Source of the DNA: Escherichia coli
GTDB taxonomy: Bacteria; Pseudomonadota; Gammaproteobacteria; Enterobacterales; Enterobacteriaceae
Assembly: GCF_041886205.1 (NCBI RefSeq)
Contig: NZ_CP169029.1
Strand: one strand, 5' to 3'
DNA: 64,000 nucleotides
Part shown: positions 21,823 through 31,539 of the stretch, piece by piece
How positions within the stretch are numbered: the stretch's first letter is position 1
Layout of the letters: each line of letters starts with the position of its first letter
Made by a program: the position numbers and the translations under genes
The notes under the pieces: model-generated
The model's database searches: none
Told to the model about the DNA's origin: nothing
The model's input: only the letters and a program-made list of their open reading frames with translations

Positions 21823-23268
21823 ATGGAACTTCGAAATAAGAAATTAACCCATGACGAATTCATGACCGAGCGGCAACAGGTACTGAAAACCTGGGAAACC
21901 GGCAAGGATGTTGAAAACTTTGAAGATGGCGTTAAATACCAACAAACCATCCCTGAGCATAAACGCTTCTCTCTTGCGCTGCTGAAAGCAGACAAGGAAG
22001 GTAAAACCCTTAGCCAACCGCGCGCAGGTGTGGCGCTGATGGACGAACACATCGAACTACTGAAAACACTACAAGAAGAGTGCGATCTGCTGCCAAGCAC
22101 CATCGATGCATATACCCGTCTGAATCGGTACGAAGAAGCGGCTGTAGGGATTAAAAAATCCATCGAAGCCGGAACCTCTAAACTGAACGGTTTACCGGTA
22201 GTTAACCACGGCGTCGCAGCTTGCCGTCGCCTCACCGAAACCCTGCAAAAACCGCTACAGATCCGCCACGGCACGCCAGATGCGCGTCTGCTGGCTGAAA
22301 TCTCGATGTCCAGCGGCTTTACCAGTTACGAAGGCGGCGGCATTTCCTACAACATTCCGTATGCCAAACGCGTAACGCTGGAAAAATCGATCCGCGACTG
22401 GCAGTACTGCGACCGTTTAATGGGGATGTACGAAGAACACGGGATCCGCATCAACCGCGAACCATTTGGCCCACTAACGGGTACGCTGATCCCGCCGTTT
22501 ATCTCGCACTCTATCGCCATAATCGAAGGATTGCTGGCACTGGAACAGGGTGTGAAATCTATCACCGTTGGTTATGGCCAGGTCGGCAGCCTGACGCAGG
22601 ATGTTGCGGCGATCCAGTCTCTGCGTGAACTTGCACACGAATATTTTCAGAGCTATGGCTATACCGACTATGAATTGAGTACCGTGTTTCACCAGTGGAT
22701 GGGCGGCTTTCCGGAAGACGAATCGAAAGCGTTCGCTATTATCTCCTGGGGCGCAGCCGTCGCGGGGATGTCTGGTGCCACCAAAGTCATCACCAAAAGT
22801 CCGCACGAAGCCTGGGGCATCCCGACTGCCGCTGCCAACATTCAAGGGCTAAAAGCCTCCCGCCAGATGCTCAACATGGTCAATGAGCAGAAATTCCCGC
22901 CGTGCCCTGCGGTTGAACTGGAAATTGAACTGATTAAGAGCGAGGTTCGCGCGGTACTGAATAAAGTGTTTGAACTGGGTAATGGTGATATTGCGCGCGG
23001 TACGGTGCTGGCATTTGAAGCGGGCGTACTGGATGTGCCGTTTGCGCCAGCCGCCTGCAACGCGGGCAAAATTCTTCCGGTCCGTGACAACACCGGCGCG
23101 ATACGCGTACTGGAAGCCGGAGCCGTTCCATTGCCAAAAGATATTCTCGACCTCCACCACGATTACGTTGCGGAACGCGCACGCTTTGAAGGACGCCAAC
23201 CGACATTCCAGATGGTTGTAGATGACATCAATGCTGTATCCCACAGTAAATTAATAGGAAGACCATAA
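21823..23268 (+). CDS. glmE: glutamate mutase epsilon subunit (methylaspartate mutase E chain)
   Basis: 481 aa; long blocks resemble remembered clostridial GlmE (PRAGVALMDEHIELL, REPFGPLTGTL, VFHQWMGGFPEDESKAF). Confidence 0.9.
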   Translation: MELRNKKLTHDEFMTERQQVLKTWETGKDVENFEDGVKYQQTIPEHKRFSLALLKADKEGKTLSQPRAGVALMDEHIELLKTLQEECDLLPSTIDAYTRLNRYEEAAVGIKKSIEAGTSKLNGLPVVNHGVAACRRLTETLQKPLQIRHGTPDARLLAEISMSSGFTSYEGGGISYNIPYAKRVTLEKSIRDWQYCDRLMGMYEEHGIRINREPFGPLTGTLIPPFISHSIAIIEGLLALEQGVKSITVGYGQVGSLTQDVAAIQSLRELAHEYFQSYGYTDYELSTVFHQWMGGFPEDESKAFAIISWGAAVAGMSGATKVITKSPHEAWGIPTAAANIQGLKASRQMLNMVNEQKFPPCPAVELEIELIKSEVRAVLNKVFELGNGDIARGTVLAFEAGVLDVPFAPAACNAGKILPVRDNTGAIRVLEAGAVPLPKDILDLHHDYVAERARFEGRQPTFQMVVDDINAVSHSKLIGRP

Positions 23269-24509
23269 TGAAAATAAAACAGGCTCTGTTCACCGCTGGC
23301 TACTCCTCATTCTATTTCGATGACCAGCAGGCGATAAAAAACGGAGCGGGTCATGACGGCTTTTTTTATACCGGGGAGCCGGTAACACAGGGGTTTAACG
23401 CCGTTCGTCAGGCCGGGGAGTGCGTATCGGTACAGTTGATTCTGGAAAACGGCGCGGTCGCCGTAGGTGACTGTGCTACCGTACAGTATTCCGGGGCAGG
23501 TGGTCGCGATCCACTGTTCCTCGCAGAGCACTTTATTCCGTTCCTCAACGATCATATCAAGCCATTACTGGTAGGCCGCGATGTGGATGCTTTCCTGCCG
23601 AATGCCCGTTTCTTCGACAAATTGCGTATTGACGGCAACTTGCTGCATACCGCCGTGCGCTACGGATTATCACAGGCGCTGCTTGATGCTACCGCGCTGG
23701 CAACCGGCCGTCTGAAAACTGAAGTGGTCTGTGATGAATGGCAGTTGCCACGCGTGGCGGAATCCATTCCATTATTTGGTCAGAGCGGCGACGATCGATA
23801 TATCGCCGTCGATAAGATGATCCTTAAAGGCATCGACGTGCTGCCCCATGCGCTGATTAATAACGTCGAGGAGAAGCTGGGCTTTAAAGGTGAAAAACTG
23901 CGCGAATATGTCCGCTGGCTGTCGGATCGCATTCTGAGCAAGCGCACCAGCGCACGCTACCACCCTACCCTGCACATCGATGTATACGGCACTATCGGTC
24001 TGATCTTCGATATGGATCCGCTTCGCTGTGCGCAATACATCGCCAGCCTGGAAACAGAAGCGCAAGGCCTGCCGCTCTACATTGAAGGGCCGGTCGATGC
24101 CGGTAACAAGCCCGATCAAATTCGCCTGCTGACCGCGATTACCAAAGAGCTGACGCGCCTCGGTTCTGGCGTGAAAATTGTGGCCGATGAATGGTGTAAC
24201 ACTTACCAGGATATTGTTGATTTCACCGATGCCGCCAGTTGCCACATGGTGCAAATCAAAACCCCGGATCTGGGCAGTATTCACAACATCGTCGATGCGG
24301 TTCTTTACTGCAACAGCCACAGCATGGAAGCATACCAGGGCGGCACCTGCAATGAAACTGATGTCAGTGCCCGCACCTGTGTCCACGTCGCCCTAGCCGC
24401 TCGCCCTATGCGTATGCTGGTAAAACCAGGGATGGGCTTTGACGAAGGCCTCGATATCGTCTTCAACGAAATGAATCGTACTATCGCGCTGTTGCAGGCT
24501 AAGGATTAA
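23268..24509 (+). CDS. mal: 3-methylaspartate ammonia-lyase (beta-methylaspartase)
   Basis: 413 aa enolase-superfamily protein; motifs GAGHDGF, VQYSGAGGRDPLF, ADEWCNT, HMVQIKTPDLG match methylaspartase; start overlaps glmE stop. Confidence 0.9.
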   Translation: MKIKQALFTAGYSSFYFDDQQAIKNGAGHDGFFYTGEPVTQGFNAVRQAGECVSVQLILENGAVAVGDCATVQYSGAGGRDPLFLAEHFIPFLNDHIKPLLVGRDVDAFLPNARFFDKLRIDGNLLHTAVRYGLSQALLDATALATGRLKTEVVCDEWQLPRVAESIPLFGQSGDDRYIAVDKMILKGIDVLPHALINNVEEKLGFKGEKLREYVRWLSDRILSKRTSARYHPTLHIDVYGTIGLIFDMDPLRCAQYIASLETEAQGLPLYIEGPVDAGNKPDQIRLLTAITKELTRLGSGVKIVADEWCNTYQDIVDFTDAASCHMVQIKTPDLGSIHNIVDAVLYCNSHSMEAYQGGTCNETDVSARTCVHVALAARPMRMLVKPGMGFDEGLDIVFNEMNRTIALLQAKD

Positions 24510-24512
24510 CAA

Positions 24513-25883
24513 ATGGCTCGTTCTTTTAAAGTCTTATCGCCAACGGCAATCCTCGGGTATGGATTCCCGGAAGAGAGCTTCCGCAAAGCGATGGCAGAAT
24601 CGCCTGATCTGATCGCCGTTGATGCAGGCTCTTCCGATCCTGGCCCCCACTACCTCGGAGCGGGCAAACCGTTTACCGATCGCGCAGGGGTCAAGCGCGA
24701 TCTGCGCTATATGATCACCGCAGGCGTGCAAAATAATATACCGGTGGTGATCGGAACGGCCGGCGGTTCTGGTGCCGCACCACACCTGGAGTGGTGCCGA
24801 GAAATAATTCATGAGATTGCCCGGGAAGAGCTCCTCTCGTTCTCGATGGCACTGATCCCGGCAGACGTTGACAAAGCCATCGTCCACCAGGCGCTGGATA
24901 ACGGCAAAATCACGGCGCTGGATTTTGTCCCGCCGTTAACCCACGACGCGATTGACGAAAGTACGTATATCGTCGCGCAAATGGGCATCGAACCCTTCCA
25001 GCGGGCGCTGAAAGAAGGCGCGCAAGTGGTGCTGGGCGGGCGCGCTTACGACCCGGCCTGCTTTGCTGCGCTCCCGATCATGCAAGGCTTTGATGAAGGT
25101 CTGGCGCTGCATTGTGGGAAAATCCTTGAATGCGCGGCAATCGCCGCAACGCCCGGCTCAGGCTCTGACTGTGCGATGGGCATCATTGATGACAACGGCT
25201 TTACGCTGAAGACATTTAATCCGAAGCGTAAATTTACCGAAACGTCAGCAGCTGCACACACACTGTATGAGAAATCCGATCCCTACTTCCTGCCAGGACC
25301 TGGCGGCGTGTTGAACCTGAAAGGCTGCACATTTAAAGCAGTCAATGACGGCGAAGTGTACGTCAGCGGTTCCAAGCATGAAGAAACGCCGTATGCCCTG
25401 AAACTGGAAGGTGCGCGACGGGTGGGCTTCCGCTGTCTGACCATCGCCGGAACGCGCGACCCGATCATGATCGCCGGGATCGATAAAATCATCGATGAAG
25501 TCAAAACCAGCGTTTCGCGTAACCTGTCGCTAGACGATGACAGCATTCGCATCAATTTCCACCTGTACGGCAAAAACGGGGTGATGGGCGACCATGAACC
25601 GATGCAAACTGCCGGGCATGAGCTGGGGATTGTCCTTGATGTAGTTGCACCGACCCAGGAAATTGCCAATAGTGTTTGCTCGCTGGTGCGCTCTACCATG
25701 CTGCACTACGGCTATGAAAACCGCATCGCTACCGCAGGCAACCTGGCGTTCCCGTTCTCTCCTTCTGATATCCAGGGCGGGCCGGTATACGAATTTTCCA
25801 TATATCACCTGATTGAAGCCAACGACGCTCTGCGTTTTGATTTCCATATTGAACAGGTGACGCCAGAAGGAGTTCAGGCATGA
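24513..25883 (+). CDS. conserved protein of unknown function (possibly DUF1446/AtuA-like family)
   Basis: 456 aa ORF 3 bp after mal; soluble; family assignment is from memory of motif pattern only and is tentative. Confidence 0.7.
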   Translation: MARSFKVLSPTAILGYGFPEESFRKAMAESPDLIAVDAGSSDPGPHYLGAGKPFTDRAGVKRDLRYMITAGVQNNIPVVIGTAGGSGAAPHLEWCREIIHEIAREELLSFSMALIPADVDKAIVHQALDNGKITALDFVPPLTHDAIDESTYIVAQMGIEPFQRALKEGAQVVLGGRAYDPACFAALPIMQGFDEGLALHCGKILECAAIAATPGSGSDCAMGIIDDNGFTLKTFNPKRKFTETSAAAHTLYEKSDPYFLPGPGGVLNLKGCTFKAVNDGEVYVSGSKHEETPYALKLEGARRVGFRCLTIAGTRDPIMIAGIDKIIDEVKTSVSRNLSLDDDSIRINFHLYGKNGVMGDHEPMQTAGHELGIVLDVVAPTQEIANSVCSLVRSTMLHYGYENRIATAGNLAFPFSPSDIQGGPVYEFSIYHLIEANDALRFDFHIEQVTPEGVQA

Positions 25884-26197
25884 AACAGTCAATTGTCTCA
25901 CTGGCGCAAGTCATTCGTTCGAAAAATGCCGGACCTTACGAACTGGTTTTAGATATTTTATTTAAAACTAAAGAAAACTATGAGCGAGTTAAATCATCAG
26001 GGCAATTAACCCCAGAACTGATTGCGCGCTTATATCATGTTGAACCTGACTTTATTCATCGTATTGTCTGGTTTGATCCTTCTAACGCAGTAAAAATCGT
26101 CATGCCACGAGATATTATCTCCGGGAATGTAGGTGACAATGATGTCTATGGTGCACAGCAACATGCACCTTTATTAAATATGAGTTTCGATTTGTAA
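25880..26197 (+). CDS. small conserved protein of unknown function (possibly DUF4387-like partner)
   Basis: 105 aa ORF whose start overlaps the previous stop (ATGA), i.e. translationally coupled. Confidence 0.65.
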   Translation: MKQSIVSLAQVIRSKNAGPYELVLDILFKTKENYERVKSSGQLTPELIARLYHVEPDFIHRIVWFDPSNAVKIVMPRDIISGNVGDNDVYGAQQHAPLLNMSFDL

Positions 26198-26280
26198 AAA
26201 TCCGAACACTTTTAGCCAACTGACATCCCGTCACTTATTGCAGTTCAACACTTCAGCTATTTGTAAGGTTGTAATAGCAG

Positions 26281-26313
26281 GTAGATGCCTGAATCTCTAT
26301 TCAGGCATCTACT
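26281..26313 (+). promoter_or_regulatory. perfect 13-bp inverted repeat with 6-nt loop (gtagatgcctgaa-tctcta-ttcaggcatctac) in the intergenic gap before the transporter gene
   Basis: Perfect palindrome between the small ORF and the transporter; only a weak T-rich tract downstream, so it may be an attenuator/processing site or a protein-binding site rather than a strong terminator. Confidence 0.45.
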
Positions 26314-26357
26314 TCTCCTGATTCTGATTTATCGCCGTGCACCTGATGGAGGAAAAA

Positions 26358-27638
26358 ATGAAGAAAATAAGTTTAACCACGATGATTCTTTTGGCGCTGG
26401 TACTTGGAATGATTATCGGCGTAGTGCTCAATAACACTGCTTCACCGGAAACAGCAAAACTCTATGCGCAAGAAATATCGATATTCACGACGATTTTCTT
26501 ACGACTGATAAAAATGATTATCGCTCCGCTAGTGGTTTCTACCCTGGTGGTAGGTATTGCTAAAATGGGCGATGCCAAAGCCCTTGGCCGTATTTTTTCT
26601 AAAACACTCTTTTTATTTATTTGCGCCTCATTGCTATCAATTGCCTTAGGCTTGATAACGGTAAATTTCTTCATGCCAGGTACAGGAATTAATTTTGTTG
26701 CACACGGTGCCGAAACCACTGGAGTGGTCGCGTCAGAACCCTTCACGCTAAAAGTATTTATTTCGCATGCTTTCCCCACCAGCATTGTCGATGCCATGGC
26801 GCACAATGAAATTTTGCAAATCGTGGTGTTCTCAATTTTCCTCGGCTGTAGCCTGACGGCGATTGGCGAGAAAGGCAGCGCCATCGTTCACGCCTTAGAT
26901 TCGCTGGCACATGCCATGTTAAAGCTCACTGGCTACGTCATGCTCTTCGCTCCCCTGACCGTATTCGCCGCTATTTCAGCATTGATTGCTGAACGAGGAC
27001 TGGCAGTTATGGTGAGCGCCGGGATCTTTATGGGTGAATTTTATTTCACCATGTTATTACTTTGGGTGCTGCTTATCGGTCTGGCCATCGTTTATGTCGG
27101 CCCCTGCATCAGACGCCTGACCCGCGCCCTTTCGGAACCCGCCCTGCTGGCATTTACCACATCCAGTTCTGAAGCGGCTTTTCCGGGAACGCTTGAAAAA
27201 CTGGAGCAATTTGGCGTTTCCCCCAAAATTGCCAGCTTTGTCTTACCCATTGGCTACTCATTTAATCTCGTTGGATCAATGGCCTACTGCTCCTTCGCCA
27301 CCGTTTTCATCGCCCAGGCCTGCAATATCCATTTATCCATCGGTGAGCAAATCACCATGCTGTTGATCCTGATGTTGACCTCGAAAGGAATGGCTGGCGT
27401 ACCACGCGCCTCAATGGTGGTTATCGCCGCCACGCTCAACCAGTTCAATATTCCGGAAGCGGGGCTGATCTTGCTGATGGGCGTTGATCCGTTCCTTGAT
27501 ATGGGGCGTTCCGCGACAAACGTCATGAGCAACGCAATGGGCGCTGCGATGGTGAGTCGGTGGGAAGGCGAACATTTCGGCGAGGGCTGTCGGGGTAAAG
27601 CATTAAAATCCAATGAATCGAACGTTGCTCTGCCCTGA
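26358..27638 (+). CDS. dicarboxylate/amino acid:cation symporter (DAACS family, GltP/DctA-like)
   Basis: About 426 aa multi-pass membrane protein with GltP-like motifs (KMIIAPLVVSTLVVGIAKMGD, TSKGMAGVP); start chosen at ATG 26358 after GGAGGA. Confidence 0.88.
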   Translation: MKKISLTTMILLALVLGMIIGVVLNNTASPETAKLYAQEISIFTTIFLRLIKMIIAPLVVSTLVVGIAKMGDAKALGRIFSKTLFLFICASLLSIALGLITVNFFMPGTGINFVAHGAETTGVVASEPFTLKVFISHAFPTSIVDAMAHNEILQIVVFSIFLGCSLTAIGEKGSAIVHALDSLAHAMLKLTGYVMLFAPLTVFAAISALIAERGLAVMVSAGIFMGEFYFTMLLLWVLLIGLAIVYVGPCIRRLTRALSEPALLAFTTSSSEAAFPGTLEKLEQFGVSPKIASFVLPIGYSFNLVGSMAYCSFATVFIAQACNIHLSIGEQITMLLILMLTSKGMAGVPRASMVVIAATLNQFNIPEAGLILLMGVDPFLDMGRSATNVMSNAMGAAMVSRWEGEHFGEGCRGKALKSNESNVALP

Positions 27639-27745
27639 GGGGGATCTTAAGCAATCAGAAGCCAATGACTACGTATTTTTATAAGCCGGATCATGAAGTT
27701 AGACGGCAATTAAGTAACACTAACGTTTAAGGTGAAAAGTGAAAT

Positions 27746-29398
27746 ATGTCCAAACCTTTTATCTGGCAAGAACCGTTTCTACAAAATAAAGACGGTACAG
27801 AATATACATTAATTAGCGATCAACATATTACAGTAACGGAATTAGACGGCGAAGAAGTGATAAAAATCGCTCCTGAAGCATTAACGCTGCTTGCCCGGCA
27901 GGCATTTTATGAAGCCTCTTTTTTCTTACGTTCCGCTCATTTGCAACAGGTCGCCAGCATTCTTAACGATCCGCAGGCCAGTAGTAATGATAAATACGTT
28001 GCGTTGCAGTTATTACGTAATGCTGAAGTCTCAGCAAAAGGGGTATTACCCAACTGTCAGGATACCGGCACCGCAACTATTGTTGCCAGTAAAGGGCAAC
28101 AGATATGGACCGGAGGTAACGACGCCGAAGCCTTAAGCAAAGGCATTTACACCACTTTTCAGGAAAATAATCTGCGCTTTTCACAAAATGCGCCGCTGGA
28201 TATGTATACCGAAGTCAATACGCAAACCAATCTCCCGGCGCAGATTGATATCAGCGCTGTCGCTGGTAATGAGTACCATTTTCTCTGTGTTAATAAAGGG
28301 GGCGGCTCTGCCAATAAAGCCGCGCTTTATCAGGAAACCAAATCCTTATTGCAACCAGAAAAACTGACCGCATTTTTAATCGAAAAAATGAAATCGCTGG
28401 GCACCGCTGCCTGCCCGTCTTATCACATCGCCTTTGTCGTCGGAGGGCTTTCAGCCGATCAAACCTTAAAAGTTGCCAAGCTGGCTTCTACGAAATATTT
28501 CGACAATTTGCCCACCAGCGGAAACGAGCAGGGACAAGCATTCCGTGATATTGAGCTGGAAAAAGCGTTGCTCGAGGCCAGTCAGCAATTTGGTATTGGT
28601 GCGCAATTTGGGGGTAAATATTTCGCTCATGATATTCGCGTCATTCGTCTGCCGCGTCACGGTGGCTCTTGCCCGATAGCTATGGCGCTCTCCTGTTCAG
28701 CCGATCGCAATATCAAAGCAAAAATTAACAAACACGGTATCTGGCTGGAAAAACTCGAACACAATCCGGGGCAATATATTCCAGCCTCACTGCGGGAAGA
28801 AAATCACGCGCAACATGTACAACTGGATCTAAACCGTCCGTTGCGTGACGTGATGCAGGATCTCGCCAGATTACCGGTAGGCACCCGCGTGTCGTTAAGT
28901 GGTCCCATCGTAGTGGCGCGCGATATCGCCCACGCCAAAATAAAAGCGCGGCTGGATAGCGGCGAACCGATGCCGGATTACCTGAAGCATCATATTGTCT
29001 ATTACGCTGGCCCGGCGAAAACACCGGAGAACATGGCCTGCGGTTCACTGGGTCCAACCACGGGCGGTCGAATGGACGGTTATGTCGATACCTTCCAGGC
29101 GGCTGGCGGCAGTCTGGTGATGTTATCGAAAGGTAACCGCAGCCAGCAGGTCACCGATGCCTGTCACAAACATGGCGGCTTCAATCTGGGAAGTATTGGC
29201 GGTGCAGCTGCGTTACTGGCGCAAGAATATGTCAAAAGTCTGCGTTGCCTGGAATACCCGGAGCTGGGTATGGAAGCGGTGTGGATGATGGAAGTGGAAA
29301 ATCTGCCCGCATTCATCCTGGTAGATGATAAAGGCAATAATTTCTTTAGTCAGTTTGAGCAGCAACACCGCTGCGCCAGTTGCCCTGCGGGACATTAA
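27746..29398 (+). CDS. fumD: class I fumarate hydratase family protein (FumA/FumB paralogue; likely mesaconase/fumarase)
   Basis: 550 aa, the size of Fe-S class I fumarases with Cys ligands; located with glutamate mutase and methylaspartase, as remembered for FumD of E. coli O157:H7. Confidence 0.8.
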   Translation: MSKPFIWQEPFLQNKDGTEYTLISDQHITVTELDGEEVIKIAPEALTLLARQAFYEASFFLRSAHLQQVASILNDPQASSNDKYVALQLLRNAEVSAKGVLPNCQDTGTATIVASKGQQIWTGGNDAEALSKGIYTTFQENNLRFSQNAPLDMYTEVNTQTNLPAQIDISAVAGNEYHFLCVNKGGGSANKAALYQETKSLLQPEKLTAFLIEKMKSLGTAACPSYHIAFVVGGLSADQTLKVAKLASTKYFDNLPTSGNEQGQAFRDIELEKALLEASQQFGIGAQFGGKYFAHDIRVIRLPRHGGSCPIAMALSCSADRNIKAKINKHGIWLEKLEHNPGQYIPASLREENHAQHVQLDLNRPLRDVMQDLARLPVGTRVSLSGPIVVARDIAHAKIKARLDSGEPMPDYLKHHIVYYAGPAKTPENMACGSLGPTTGGRMDGYVDTFQAAGGSLVMLSKGNRSQQVTDACHKHGGFNLGSIGGAAALLAQEYVKSLRCLEYPELGMEAVWMMEVENLPAFILVDDKGNNFFSQFEQQHRCASCPAGH

Positions 29399-29407
29399 GG
29401 AAAATGA

Positions 29408-30010
29408 ATGGAAGCGCGAATTTCAACTGAACGGCATGTGCAGCGCCAACAGAAATTGAAGGAACAGGTCGATACGCGCGTCGCGGCGGCGATAGAGAAA
29501 AAAGGGATCTTGATTGTTTTCACCGGCAACGGCAAAGGGAAATCCACTGCCGCGTTTGGTACTGTGACGCGCGCGGTGGGTCATGGCAAAACGGTGGGGG
29601 TTGCGCAGTACATCAAGGGGCAATGGGACAACGGCGAATACAACCTTCTCCAGCCGCTGGGGGTTGAGTTTCATATTATGGGAACCGGTTTTACCTGGGA
29701 GACACAGAACCGGCAAGCGGATATCGACGCGGCGAAAGAGGTCTGGTCGGAAAGCAAACGGATGCTGGCTGACAAGCGTTACGACTTAGTGGTGCTTGAT
29801 GAGCTGACCTATATGCTGGCTTACCATTATCTGGATACCGAAGAAGTGATCGCTTCTCTGCAAAACCGCCCGGCACAACAAAGTGTCATTGTCACCGGAC
29901 GCGGTTGCCACAGTCAGATATTAAAAATGGCGGATACGGTAAGCGAAATCCGTCCCGTCAAACATGCTTTTGATAACGGCATTCAGGCCCAGCCGGGTAT
30001 CGACTGGTAA
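29408..30010 (+). CDS. cob(I)alamin adenosyltransferase (CobA/BtuR family) paralogue
   Basis: 200 aa with P-loop GNGKGKSTAAFG and strong similarity along its length to remembered E. coli BtuR; last gene of the operon. Confidence 0.88.
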   Translation: MEARISTERHVQRQQKLKEQVDTRVAAAIEKKGILIVFTGNGKGKSTAAFGTVTRAVGHGKTVGVAQYIKGQWDNGEYNLLQPLGVEFHIMGTGFTWETQNRQADIDAAKEVWSESKRMLADKRYDLVVLDELTYMLAYHYLDTEEVIASLQNRPAQQSVIVTGRGCHSQILKMADTVSEIRPVKHAFDNGIQAQPGIDW

Positions 30011-30043
30011 TAACTGCGCCTGGCATCCCGCCAGGCGCAGGTT

Positions 30044-30949
30044 TTACATCTCCTGCGGTACGACCGATTTCACCAGCAACCATTCACGAAATTGCTGCAA
30101 GTGCGGTGAGTCAGACTTCTCTTCCTGCCACGTCATAATAAAACGATTACCGGTACGAATAGGCACATCACAGGGGATCACCATATCGCCACTATCCAAA
30201 TCATGTTGAATAGCGAACCGTGGTAACAGCGCCACGCCGAGATTAGAGCGCACGGCGGCAATCAGCATTGAAAGCAAATCGAAACGTGGTCCGTTGTTGA
30301 CCAGCGGACTGCTAACGCCAGATAAAGCAAACCACTCTTCCCAGCCAGTAATACGGGTGCTTTGATGCAGAAGTGGTAACTCAGTAAGCAGTTCTGCCAC
30401 TGACAGTTTTTGATCGGACATTGCAAGCAAACTGCCACTGCATACCGGCAAAATCTCCTCTTCAAAGAGATATTCTACTTCCGCCCAGGGCGCGCAAAAA
30501 TTTTCGCGCATAATGACAGCATCGTACTCCCGATTAAGAAAATCGCCGTTATTAGCTAAAGAATGAATATTAACAATAATATCGGGATGTAACTTTGTGA
30601 ATTCATGTAAATTTGGGATTAACCAGTGGGTACTAAAAGTAGGATTAACGGCAAGTTCAATAACCTGAACCGTAGGCTGCCAGGTCATAATGGTATTGGT
30701 ATCGCGTTCCAGCTTATTTAATGTTTCTTTTACTATCCCCAGGTAATACTTCCCTGCATCATTAAGAAAAATGCGTTTTTTAGAGTGTGAAAATAATGGA
30801 GTATGTAAAAATTCCTCCAGCGCACTTACTTGTCTGAATACAGCACTTTGGGTTAACGCTAACTCCTCTGCCGCTCTGGTATAACTTTCATGACGTGCGA
30901 CGACCTCAAAAGTCACCAGCAGTTCCGTTTTAGGTATTTTCCCTCGCAT
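30044..30949 (-). CDS. LysR-family transcriptional regulator
   Basis: 301 aa; N-terminal HTH (ESYTRAAEELALTQSAVFRQVSALEEFL) and LysR substrate-binding domain; convergent with the catabolic operon, divergent from the RtcB-like gene. Confidence 0.88.
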   Translation of the reverse strand: MRGKIPKTELLVTFEVVARHESYTRAAEELALTQSAVFRQVSALEEFLHTPLFSHSKKRIFLNDAGKYYLGIVKETLNKLERDTNTIMTWQPTVQVIELAVNPTFSTHWLIPNLHEFTKLHPDIIVNIHSLANNGDFLNREYDAVIMRENFCAPWAEVEYLFEEEILPVCSGSLLAMSDQKLSVAELLTELPLLHQSTRITGWEEWFALSGVSSPLVNNGPRFDLLSMLIAAVRSNLGVALLPRFAIQHDLDSGDMVIPCDVPIRTGNRFIMTWQEEKSDSPHLQQFREWLLVKSVVPQEM

Positions 30950-31539
30950 AATGCCTTCCGTGAAAAAAATAACAATTCAAAAATTATTTTATAAAAAACA
31001 GTAGCACTAATGAATATCATAATTCAAATAAACAAACCAGTCAGCTATATGTCCAACCAGAAAAATAAAGTGACAATAATCCTAAAACAGTAATTTCACC
31101 TCAGTTATCCACATGCAATACTTTAAAAATATTATTGCAAGAATATTATTCATATACATGAATATACTCTAAATAAGTCGAGTTGCAGGAAGGGAACAAA
31201 TAATGAATCTCCAGAAGATTACATAAGTAAGTGACCTGGGTGAGCGAACATCGATGCAGCACATGCAACTTGAATTATGACAAGTATACAATGATAAATT
31301 TAGATACCCTATGTTATATATTATCTATGTCCGGTTAAATTGAATGAGTCATGGCCTTAAAAGACTTCGCAAAAGATTATTTCTCTTTAACAATAAGCCA
31401 GATTTACCACTTGTAAAAATTGCTATCGCCACATACACTACGCGCGTTTTCTTTCCCTTTTGCTGGCTGCTGACCGGAAAGACAAAATTACCCTCGCAAT
31501 ACAGGGGGGTGTTTAACGTCTATATTTCAGGATAGCGTT

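Noticed and set aside
31344-31535. 63 aa basic ORF ending 4 bp upstream of the RtcB-like gene
   Set aside because: No clear RBS and lies in an AT-rich promoter region; could be a leader peptide but evidence is insufficient to annotate as a CDS.
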